Part shown: positions 52,491-64,000 of the stretch, piece after piece | Layout: every line of letters begins with the position of its first letter | Position numbering within the stretch: the first letter of the stretch is position 1 | NCBI RefSeq assembly: GCF_000497125.1 | Contig: NC_090604.1 | Location: 454,651-518,650, forward strand | DNA: 64,000 nucleotides | From: Spironucleus salmonicida | Lineage: Eukaryota | Reading direction: 5' to 3' | The notes under the pieces: generated by a model | Told to the model about the DNA's origin: nothing | Seen by the model: the letters and a program-made list of their open reading frames with translations, nothing else | The model's database searches: none | Position numbers and translations under genes: made by a program

Positions 52491-55226
52491 TCTGGCTAAA
52501 GATAATATTATGATATTATATTAGTATGGTAATTATGTTCGTTGTTACTTTTACGCATATTTGGATTTCATATAATAGGCGTAACCCGAAACAAGGTGTT
52601 ATTCTGGGAAAATATGATAATGTGGAGTAGATAGTATCCTAGGCATAAATAGTCCAAAACAGCAGTTTGGTAACAGGTACTTATATATCATGCCGGTTTA
52701 TAGTTAATAAACACGAACCTCGTAGTATTTTAATTAATTTAATTACACTTGTTTATGCACCATCTCGCCAGTGCAACACACCATTAACTACTAGCAGGAA
52801 CTCCAGCTAGCTTTGAGCAACTACCTGTCCTCTTTCTGCAAGAAACTAAAATATTACTATAGCATATAATATACAAATAATCCAATAAACCACAACTTCA
52901 ATATGCTCTTATATACACTTATTTACGATAACAATTCCTTCCAACAACCTCTTAATCAGAGCGGTCAAAAAGCAACAAACCCGCCTAGGCCGAATAACAC
53001 GGGGGTCGGGATTCCTCTTTTCACATTTACGATGCATTCTCTGACACGACTTCGTAAATGCATCCCTCTTAGCGCAGCAAGCCAGGCCGCAAAGTGGTTC
53101 GGGTGATGGTAACACGCTGCTGACCTTGAGCGACATTTGCCTAAGCCGTAGAATAGCATTACTATATCGAAACTGATATAGTATGGAATATGGAACTAGA
53201 TGAAAGGGCCCCGTTTCGAATCCGCTCTGAATGCGAGGATTCGGTGCATTCCGCGCGAAATTCCGGTACCCGAGGTGGAAGACCGTCGCTAATCCACTTT
53301 GGGCAGGTTCAAATTCGGTATAGTAATTGATATTACTGTATACTAGTATAGTATGAATTGCAGACAGGCGCGTGCTGCCGAACTAGGGGCTCCACAGAAC
53401 ACTGCAGGCGAGTTCGTAACGGCGAGCAGAATTTTCCCACAATATAGGCCCAAAGTTGCTGCGTGGAATAGGGCATTGATGGTGTGCATTTCTCATGAAA
53501 TCTAACGCACCAGACATTCGCTGCCTATATTTTCTAAATCCCATTCTTATACATATTCAAACATCATTTGCAAGATCTCTGCATGCGCTCCGCGACCTTT
53601 TCGGCAGCTTCTTGGACACCTAGAATATTTTATCCTAGAGAATTTTCTTGCTTCTCTTCACAAGGTTAGATGGTAACTCTCGGACTGAGCACATGTCGTC
53701 ACGATGCCAGTAATCGCCGTAGTTCCTATTTTCTTACCTGATCTCCCGTTAACTCTGGCAGCCAGAATCTCTATAGTCTCCAACCGGCTCCGCAGGGAGC
53801 GCAATGCCCGCCGATTTGAGTGCGGCATTCGGCACGCATTGATACCAGGTTTAGTTAAGGACAGACAGGTAGTCCACAGTGCCTAGTACGTGCAGGCGGA
53901 GTCCCTGCAGATGTTCCGCGGTGAAACATAAGCTGTCCCCAAATGATCTCAAATCGGAGTGCAGACACCATCAGGTGTTATGAAATAAATTGTATTATCT
54001 CCAGCGGCAGATGGTATCCGGTCTGTTCTGGGGCATTTCCCGACATACTTTCGGCGCCTCTTGGATGGAGGGTCGTGGCAAAGTGATTTCAATCTAATGT
54101 AGTCGCGCTGAGTTCTCTAGCTCCAGAGCGGAATCGTAGCGGAAACGCAGGTAGGTGGTCGCATTGGGAACTAGGGAAGACCGCACTGGCCATTTGCATG
54201 AATGCTCCCGTGACGTGTTCAGTACGTACAATTCCGGGCATAGCTGGCGAAATTGTTTTACTGCACGTGAGCTTGGCAGTAGCATGTACATTATGGGCTT
54301 AAGATGCTGAGGCACATTGGGGTGCAGGTGGGCAGAAATAGTCGGCTTTCAACTATCATCTGGAGTGGGCAGGCCGGAGGATGAGTTAGGCGCATACGAA
54401 CGGTTCGGGGTAGGATGGAAGCACGCGCGGTGGAGTTTTAAAGATGGGTAGGTTTCATGGGAATATTGCGAGATACGGGGAATTGGGTCACGAGTGGTTG
54501 AACCAGCGCACCAAAGCATGTTGAAGCGAAGTCCGTGTTAGGGTAATGCATCAAAAGTGTTACAATGGTGGCTCGCAGAAAATAGGTGGGAGGGGCTAGG
54601 CAGAGATAACACTAACAATAATAAAGTAGCATGACCGTAATATAGGGGTAGGGCTCAAATGCTGCGTACGCGCTAGGTGCGAAATAGCAGCAGTGAGCAG
54701 CTGTATACGGCTAATACTAATTTATGCGATTGCTGGTAGTTTATCGATGTTTGATCTATAATAGTTTAAGATACCTGCTCGGGGACAAGCTTTCCGCCAG
54801 AAACGGCCATTAGCTGGGTACCGAACTTTCTGGATACCGAATGGGTATGAAGCTAGTGTGCTGGTAGACTGACACCGCTTAATAAGTGTCTTGGGGTGTT
54901 CTATATTATTAGCGATGACATCAAGCCTGCTAGGTATGCATTATGAAACCGAACGCTAAATAATCTATATTTATATAGTAAATTACCGCAATACCAAAAT
55001 GACGTCCTCAGCTAAATCTTGTTGAAACTGCGTGCCCTAGCAGAAATGCACGCATGTCGAGTCGTACTCTTTACTAAGGTAGTCTACAGTGTAAATTGTA
55101 GCATTTCATATCAATGGTCCAAGTCGGTTTTAGCACCTCTCGACCTGCATACTCTTGGACGATCCGAGGAGAAAGCTTAGAAAGCACGCCAAGTAACGTA
55201 TCTATTACCAATCACTGTTACTCCAC

Positions 55227-56081
55227 TCACTTCTTCGCCCTCCTAACAAAATAATAAGCCAGGCCGCCACCTACTGCCCCAACGACCACCAAAACACCAA
55301 CCACGATGCCCACAATCGCCCCAGTCCCTATTTTATTCCCACCAGAACCTTGCTGCTCGGGCCAGCACATATTGCCAATGGGTTTGAACCCAACAGCACA
55401 ATCCCTACATTTACCATCATTTCCCTTAATAATATTAGGCAAACACGTTTCACAACCATTTGAAGTAGTGTCGCACGAAGCACAATTTTGCGCAACTCCG
55501 CATTAGCAAGCAGAATCAATCCCTGCAGCGCATGCCGTGGCGACTCCGTTCTTGCAGTAATTTCCATCGGCCAAATTTTCACAATTCGGTGTGCACTTCC
55601 CATCGATCGTGGTCACATGAGAAGACCCATCGCACGCGTTGCAGAAAATACCAGAGGAGCAAATTAAGCATTTATTGCCACACGGCACACAACTTTTTAA
55701 GGATATCTCGCAAAAAGTCGAAGCATCATCTTGGCAGTCTTCATTTTTAGAGCAGATTCTGTCGCACTCATTACTGTCCAGTTTATACCCGTCGGCGCAC
55801 TTCTGGCATGTATTAGAATCGGTGCATTAGCCGCAGCCTTTTAAACATTTTTAACACATATTCCCGCTCAGGAAAGAGCCTGGGAGGCAGGTTTGGCAAG
55901 AAGTCCCATTACATACTTTGCAATTGGTCGTAACCGTGTTATCTTCACAGTAGCAGCCTTGCCCGAACTTCATGTCTTCGGTGCAGGGGATACAGCTTAC
56001 TGAAGTTGTGTCTGTAGCTGGACAGAAATGACCAGCTTTGCAGGTTGTAACTGTTTTAGTACAGGTGCCTGTTCCTGCCAT
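55227..56081 (-). CDS. CRMP1-like, 284 aa (MAGT...RRAKK)
   Basis: Inverted copy of 29760; 855 nt. Confidence 0.92.
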
Positions 56082-56471
56082 TTTTAATTTTAGATGACAA
56101 TTATTATGAATAATACAGCAACTTACTTAGTTTCGTAGTTTCACAAATAATAATAGTTTATTATTTTTAGTATATATTGATGTATTTTCCCTTAAGATTT
56201 GTATAAGTTTAAATTTAATTAATGATATCACGATATAAAAACCGTTTTTTCTTACATATTAACGATTTTTACTACGATTTACCAACTTACATCGAACAAA
56301 TTAATATATTTTAAAATAATATAAATAAACTATTGATATTTGATAGTAAAATTTCAAGTCTCTTTATAATTAATATTTGTAAGTAAACACTGGAGAGTTT
56401 CTTATAATACTTTTTTAAGTATTAAGATTAATGGATAATTTATTATGATTCATTCATTTATTGTTTATGCA

Positions 56472-57326
56472 TCACTTATTACCCTTTCTAATGAAGTAAT
56501 AAGCTAAACCGCCACCAACTGCCCCAACGACCACCAAAACACCAACCACAATGCCCACAATCGCCCCAGTACCCATCCTGTTGGCCTCTCCAGATTTTTC
56601 TTCCCCCCAGCACATATCCCCAATTAGCTTAAACCCAGTAGCACACATAATACATTTCCCATTATCTGCTTTAATACCATTAGGGAGACACGTCGCACAG
56701 GCAGTCAATTCGGTGTTGCAGGAAGCGCAATTTGACGCACCTCCGCATTAGCAGGCAGAGTCAATCCCTTCGTCGCATGGTGTGGTTTGTCCGTGCTTGC
56801 AGTAGTTACCATCGGTTAAACCATCACAATTCAATGTACATTATCCAGATATCGTTGTGATATGAGTAGTCCCATCGCACGCGTAGCAGAAATCTGGCGA
56901 TTAACAAATTGTGCAATTAGGAGAACATTCACGACATCTACTAATACCTATTTCGCAATATGTTGAACCTGTGTCCTCGCAGTCTTCATTGCTTCTACAG
57001 ACTCTGACACACGTGTTTTCGTCCATTGTGTACCCCTCAGCACAGTTCTGACATGTATTTAAACTCGTGCACTCCCCACAGCCTTTTGAGCATTTTGTAC
57101 ACACATTGCTATTGAGGAAAGATCCAGGGAGGCATGTGGTGCATGCTTCTCCAGTACACACTTTGCAATTTGTAGTCACATCTTTATCTTTGCAGTAGCA
57201 GCCTTGACCGAATTTCATGTTTTCGGTGCAAGGAATGCAGTCTACGGTTACAGTATCAGTAGTTGGGCAAAAGTGCCCGGCTTTGCAGTTTGTGTCAGTT
57301 CTAGTACAAGTTCCTGTTGTGTCCAT
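56472..57326 (-). CDS. CRMP1-like, 284 aa (MDTT...RKGNK)
   Basis: Inverted copy of 28515 with altered tail; 855 nt. Confidence 0.92.
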
Positions 57327-57702
57327 TTTTATGTTACAGTATAAAATTAAATCGATAATTCAGCACATAAATTCGTTTCTCAGTTTCGCAGGTAAAAAAC
57401 AGGATACTATTTCATATAAATACTTAATATAATAATTAAAATTTAATAGTTATGTATTAATATCAAGTAATAGAAAGTGTTTTTTGTTACTTTTTATTTA
57501 TTTATACTACTATTAAGTAATATACAGCTAAACCAAATTTGAAACAGAGGTACTCATCTAAATTGATTATGTATACTCGATAGCAAACTCCCAAGTATCC
57601 CTACATGAAAACTCTAAAGTTTATTCTAGTTCGATATTACTCCGAATCTATTTTTACTGGTCTAATCTCCTTACCCCGTTTTTCAACTTGTCTTTACCTG
57701 CT

Positions 57703-58671
57703 TCACTTTAATTTTAGCTTTAAGATGATGATACCTACAATCCTTATAATCCCAAACTCCAAAAACACAGTTAGCACCCATCCGCCTAATTTACCTTAAA
57801 TTGTATCATGCACCTCACTTCTTCGCCCTCCTAACAAAATAGTAGGCCAGGCCGCCCCCCCCACTGCCCCAACGACCACCAAAACACCAACCACGATGCC
57901 CACAATCGCCCCAGTCCCTATATTATTGGCTCCAGTCTCTTGCTGCTCGGGCCAGCACATATTGCCAATTGGTTTGAACCCACTAGCACAATCCGTACAC
58001 GTCCTACCAGCTCCCAGAATAACATTAGGCAAGCACGTCGCACAGGCATCCTTAGCAGTGTTGCACGAAGCGCAATTCTCAGCAAATCCGCATTTGCAGG
58101 CGGAATCAATCCCTTCAGCACAGGCCGTAGGAGAACCGTCCTTGCAGTAGTTACCATCTGTAATTGGATTACACAAAAGAGTGCACGTACCGTGAATTGT
58201 AGTAATATGCGTACTCCCATCGCACGCGTTGCAGAACGTCGCTGAGGAGCAAATTGAACACTTATCAGCACACTTCACGCACCTCTTTGAGGATATCTCA
58301 CAGAATTTTGAAACTTCATTCTCGCAGTCTTTATTACTACCACAGACTCTGACGCATTTACCACCTTCTATTATGAAACCATCGGCACACTTCTAGCATG
58401 AGTCAGCACCGCTACATTCGGCACAACCTTTTGAGCATCTAGAGCAGATGTTTCCATTGAGATAGGATCCAGGGAGGCAGGTGGCGCAATTATCTCCAGA
58501 GCACGTCTTGCAGTTTGTGATAACCATATCATCCTTACAGTAGCAGCCCTGACCGAATTTCATGTCTTGTTCACATGGAATGCAATTTACGGTATCCATG
58601 CCACTCGTGGGGCAGAAGTGACCGGCTTTGCAGTTTGTGTTAAGTTTGGTGCATGTGCCTGTCGGGTTCAT
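57703..58671 (-). CDS. CRMP1-like (MNPT 5' part) with +2 frameshift in G8 run; 322 aa as assembled (family stop would be 57815)
   Basis: 857 nt to the family stop; shifted frame stays open in table 6 to AAGTGA at 57703. Confidence 0.6.
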
Positions 58672-59125
58672 TTTTAACTATATATGGGTAATATAATAGA
58701 TAATATGATAAATAAAAAGTTTCTTTGTTTTGCAAAGAAAAGTATATTGTTATATTTTATATATAGTAAATTGTATATTCCGTAAAATTACTTAAATTTT
58801 CTAATTATCATTTAATATATCTTCACAAAAACGGTTTTCTTAAACTTTAGTTTTTGCTAATAGTATTATTAGCAGAAGTAAATAGCTAAGATGCAAAAAT
58901 CGTAAAATTTATAAATATAGTAGTAATACCCATTAATTCTATTAGGGCATCACCATAGAAACCAATAAAATACTCCTCACTCCAGAACCCAATTAGTGAT
59001 TATTACATACCCCAAACTCGCTCAAGTACGTTATACTATAAAATGAAGTAAGTACCCGCCTGAGCTTTATCTAATATATTTACCCAGTTAATTTAGTTAG
59101 CTTCTCCTCATAAATAACAATTTTA

Positions 59126-59980
59126 TCACTTCTTCCCCCTCCTAACAAAATAGTAGGCCAGGCCGCCCCCAACTGCCCCCACGACCACCAAAACTCCCAC
59201 CACGATACCCACAATAGCCCCAGTCCCTATCTTGTTGGTCTCAGAACCTTGCTAATCTGCCCAGCACATATTGCCAATGGGTTTGAACCCAACAACACAA
59301 TTTCTGCAATTACCATCATCTCCCAGAATAACATTAAGGAGACACGTTTCGCAACCATTTGTAGCAGTGTTGCAGGAAGCGCAATTCTACATAAATCCGC
59401 ATTTGCAGGCAGAATCAAGCCCTGCAACACAGGGTGTAGGAGCACCGTCCTTGCAGTAGTTACCATCTGTAATTGGATTACACAAAAGAGTGCACGTACC
59501 GTGAATTGTAGTAATATGCGTACTCCCATCGCACGCGTTGCAGAACGTCGCCGATGAGCAAATATCACATTTATCACCACACTTCACGCACCTTTTTAAG
59601 GATATCTGGCAAAAGGTCGAACCTTGGTCCTTGCAGTCGTCATTGGTATTGCAGATTCTGACGCATGTGCCACCTTCCATTGTGAACCCATCGGCGCATT
59701 TCTGACATGAACTAAAAGCTGTGCATTCGCCACAGCCCTTTGGGCAGTTAGTGCAGAAATTGTTGTTCAGGAAAGCGCCAGGGAGACATTTTGAGCAATT
59801 ATCTCCAGAGCACGTCTTGCAGTTTGTGATAACTGAATTATCTTTGCAGTAGCAGCCCTGGCCAAATTTCATGTCTTGTTCACAAGGAATGCAGTTTACG
59901 GTTACAGTATCAGTAGTTGGGCAGAAGTGGCCAGCTTTGCAGTTTGTGTTACGTTTGGTGCATGTACCTGTCTTGTCCAT
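59126..59980 (-). CDS. CRMP1-like, 284 aa (MDKT...RRGKK)
   Basis: 855 nt open in table 6. Confidence 0.92.
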
Positions 59981-60431
59981 TTTTTACTCTATAAGGTTAA
60001 GATGGTGGATAAAATTACAAATAAGATGGTTTCTAGGTTTCGCAAGGAAAACAAGATATTATTTTTTAATATATACTAAATTATACATTGGGTAAAATGA
60101 GTGCACTCTAATAAATATCGTTAAAAACGCAGTGGGAATCTGTTTTCTCTGACTTAACTTTTACTAAGAATGTTAGACGGTATATTGAATGCATTAAATC
60201 AAAATTCCTAAAATGTATAAATACAATGTTACTTACCATTAATTATATTTCGCGTATCTTTATCAATATTTGTTACGCTAATCATGATTGCTGAACCTCA
60301 AATAGTCATTATTATATAACTCAAATCAGATCAAAGATTTTATGTGGTAATTTAAAGATTCGTACTGATGTTTTCGTCAATATATTATTTTAGATAAATT
60401 ACCATATTCCCTGAATCTAGAAGTATTTAGA

Positions 60432-61286
60432 TCACTTCTTACCCTTTCTAATGAAATAATAAGCCAGGCCGCCCCCAACTGCCACAACGACCGCTAAAAC
60501 ACCAACCACGATGCCCACAATCGCCCCAGTCCCTATCTTGTTGGCCTCAGAACCTTGTTAGTCGGGCCAGCACATATTGCCAATGGGTTTGAACCCAACA
60601 GCACAATCCTTACACCTACCATCATTTCCCTTAATAACATTAGGGAGACACGTCTCGCAACCATTTGAAGCAGTGTCGCACGAAGCACAATTTCCCGCAA
60701 CTCCGCATTAGCAAGCGGAATCAATCCCTTCAGCGCAGGCCGTAGGAGAACCGTCCTTGCAGTAGTTACCATCGTTCATTCCCATACACAATACTGTGCA
60801 CGTACCGTGAATTGTGGTAATATGCGTACTCCCATCGCACGCGTTGCAGAACGTCGCCGAAGAGCAAATGTCGCAGTGAGCAGAGCACCTTACGCACCTC
60901 TTTGAGGATATCTGGCAAAATGTCAAAGCTTCATCCTCGCAGTCTTAATTGTTATCGCAGATTCTGACGCATGTGCCACCTTCCATTGTGAACCCGTCGG
61001 CACACTTCTGGCAGGTATTTGCGCCAGTGCACTCGCTGCAGCCTTTTGCGCAGGAATCGCAGAAATTGTTGCTCAGGAAAGCGCCAGGGAGACATTTTGA
61101 GCAATTATCTCCAGAGCACGTCTTGCAGTTTGTGATAACTGTATCATCCACACAATAGCAGCCTTAGCTGAATTTCATGTTTTCGGTACAGGGAATACAG
61201 ATAACTGAAGCAGTATCTGTAGTTGGGCAGAAGTGGTCAGATTTGCAGTTTGTGTTACCTTTCGAACATGTGCCTGTTGTGGACAT
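60432..61286 (-). CDS. CRMP1-like, 284 aa ([10 protein letters not shown]...RKGKK)
   Basis: Inverted copy of 42523 with a different TM segment; 855 nt. Confidence 0.92.
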
Positions 61287-61775
61287 TTTGCAGTTTTACA
61301 GTATCAAATTAAATCGATAATTCAGCACATAACTTCGTTTCTCAGTTTCGCAGGTAAAAAACAGGATACTATTTCATATAAATACTTAATATAATAATTA
61401 AAATTTAATAGTTATGTATTAATATCAAGTAATAGAAAGTGTTTTTTGTTACTTTTTATTTATTTATACTACTATTAAGTAATATACAGCTAAACCAAAT
61501 TTGAAACAGAGGTACTCATCTAAATTGATTATGTATACTCGATAGCAAACTCCCAAGTATCCCTACATGAAAACTCTAAAGTTTATTCTAGTTCGATATT
61601 ACTCCGAATCTATTTTTACTGGTCTAATCTCCTTACCCCGTTTTTCAACTTGTCTTTACCTGCTTCACTTTAATTTTAGCTTTAAGATGATGATACCTAC
61701 AATCCTTATAATCCCAAACTCCAAAACACAGTTAGCACCCATCCGCCTAATTTGCCTTAAATTGTATCATGCACC

Positions 61776-62630
61776 TCACTTCTTAGCCTTTCTAATGAAA
61801 TAATAAGCCAGACCACTCCCAACTGCCCCAACGACCACCAAAACTCCCACCACGATGCCCACAATCGCTCCAGTCCCTATTTTATTCCCACCAGAACCTT
61901 GCTACTCGGGCCAGCACATATTGCCAATGGGTTTGAACCCACTAGCACAATCCGTACACGTCCTACCAGCTCCCAGAATAACATTAGGCAAGCACGTCGC
62001 ACAGGCATCCTTAGCAGTGTTGCACGAAGCGCAATTCTACACAAATCCGCATTTGCAGGCGGAATCAAGTCCTTCAGCACAAACCGTGGCTACTCCGTCC
62101 TTGCAGTAGTTACCATCGGCCATACCCTCACATAGTACTGTGCATGTACCGTGAATTGTAGTAATATGCGTACTCCCATCGCACGCGTTGCAGAACGTCG
62201 CCGATGAGCAAATATCACATTTATCACCACACTTCACGCACCTTTTTAAGGATATCTGGCAAAATGTCGAACCTTGGTCCTTGCAGTCGTCATTGGTATT
62301 GCAGATTCTGACGCATGTGCCACCTTCCATTGTGAACCCATCGGCGCATTTCTGACATGAACTAAAAGCTGTGCATTCGCCACAGCCCTTTGCGCAGGAA
62401 TCGCAGAAATTGTTGTTCAGGAAAGCGCCAGGGAGACATTTTGAACAAGAAGTACCTGTGCATACTTTGCAGTTTGTGATAACTGAATTATCCTCGCAGT
62501 AGCAGCCTTAGCCGAATTTCATATCTGCGGTACAGGGAATACAGCTAACTGAAGCAGTATCTGTAGCTGGACAGAAATTACCAGCTTTACAGGTTACATC
62601 TGTTCTTGTACAGGTGCCTGTGGCTGCCAT
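61776..62630 (-). CDS. CRMP1-like, 284 aa (MAAT...RKAKK)
   Basis: 855 nt open in table 6. Confidence 0.92.
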
Positions 62631-63186
62631 TTTTAATTTAAAGATTGAAAGTATTATGAATAATGCAGCACATTGTTTAGTTTATTAGTTTCACTAATAA
62701 CAATATTAATTATTTTTAATATATATTTAATTATCTCCCCAGTAAAAATTGTATATAGTAAAACTTATCTAATTATTTCTCAGTAGAAAAACAGTTTTTT
62801 CTTGCATATTTCGCATTTTTACGGCGATTAATCATCGTATAGCCAACAGATTAAAAGCTTTTAAAATAATGTAAATAGAATATTGATATTATATAGTGAA
62901 ATGTGAGGTCTCTTTACAACTAAAATTAGGAGGTAAGCCCTGACGAGTTTATCACTACGTTATTTTAAGTATTAAGGTTGATTCATGATTTATTGTGACT
63001 TATTTATCTGTTATTCTTGATTGACTTAACTAAGGTAAAACTACATGCGAAGCCAGGAAACTGACATAATCTAACTAATTGTAGCTATTATTGACGTGGT
63101 AAACAAGCCTCCCACGCTGTTATACCGAATATTTTAGTTACCAAAATACGTAATACAAGCACTAAAATTTGATGAATAGTTCAGGC

Positions 63187-64000
63187 TCACGTCCTAGCCT
63201 TCTTTACAAAGTAATATACCAATCCGCTGCCAACAGCCCCACCAACTACCAAAACGCCTGCCCCAATTCCTGCAATGGCTCCTCTACCAATTTTGTTCAC
63301 ATCTGCAGATTTTTCTTCTGACCAGCACATGTTACCTATAGCTTTATATCCAACTGCACAGTTTCTGCATTTTCCATTATTGTCCTCCATAACATTTGGC
63401 AAACATGCATCACAGCTATTCTTTGCAGTATTGCAAGAAGCACAGTTTCGAGCAAATCCGCATTTGCAGGCAGAATCAAGGCCTTCAGCGCAGGGCGTGG
63501 CTACACAGTCCTTGCAGTAATTTCCGTCATTCACATTCTTACAAATTCCAGTGCAAGTTCCATAAATTGTTGTAGTATAATTAACTCCTCGTAGCCGTTG
63601 CAGAACGTCGCTGAGGAGCAAATTGAACAATTATCAGCACATTTTCATATTTATTTTAGGAAATATCACAGTATTTAGAAACTTCGTCGTCGTAATTTTT
63701 ATTGCAACCACATGTCTTGACGCAATCCTTATTATGCATTGTGGACCCAGCGGCGCACTTCTAGCAGGAGTTTTTATCGGTACATTCGGCGCGACCTTTT
63801 GAGCAGTTAGAGCAGACGTTTGTAATGAGATAGGAGCCCGGGAGGCAGGTGGTGCAATTTTATCCGTTGCATTCCTTGGAATTTGTGGTAACAGAGCCAT
63901 TCTTGCAGTAGCAGCCTTGGTCGAATTTCATGTTTTCTTAGCAAGGAGTGCAATTTACGGTTACAGTATCAGTAGCTGGGCAGAAGTGACCGGCTTTGCA
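63187..64000 (-). pseudogene. CRMP1 pseudogene (copy of 39757-40609), cut by window edge
   Basis: Same lesions and KKART tail as the 39757 copy. Confidence 0.85.

Larger units (their letters stand above)
50637..59740. repeat. Right arm of inverted repeat of ~26090-35207
   Basis: Reverse-complement near-identity, mirrored ORFs. Confidence 0.92.
59400..64000. repeat. Inverted copy of ~39795-44410
   Basis: Mirror sums 103796-103809 (43829/59980, 42523/61286, 41166/62630, 40609/63187). Confidence 0.92.

Noticed and set aside
53300-53320. GGTTCAAATTC resembling a tRNA T-loop
   Set aside because: No cloverleaf stems around it

Overview
Eukaryotic, intron-free, gene-dense DNA using the hexamitid diplomonad code (TAA/TAG = Gln, TGA the only stop); most likely Spironucleus salmonicida or a close relative (inference). 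The supplied standard-code ORF track fragments most real genes, so I re-read genes by hand in translation table 6. Bases 3.9-16.2 kb are a single-copy housekeeping block: eL39, a MEF2-type MADS-box factor, an FxFG/RanBD-like protein, an SF-assemblin/beta-giardin protein, CCT3, a VMA21-like protein, an SCP/CTDSP phosphatase, uL4 and hypotheticals. Bases 16.4-64 kb are a surface-antigen region with 21 cysteine-rich membrane protein loci (CXXC repeats, C-terminal TM, basic pentapeptide tail; CRMP1/VSP-like) in three clusters, two on + and one on -, within ~18-kb direct and inverted segmental duplications, plus relic pseudogenes and one 839-aa single-copy gene. Main hunt result: 15 CRMP genes are exactly 855 nt and are mosaics of shared 5', middle and 3' segments. 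They lack signal peptides and share a motif at about -61. One copy has a G8 frameshift that reads into a cryptic second hydrophobic tail.
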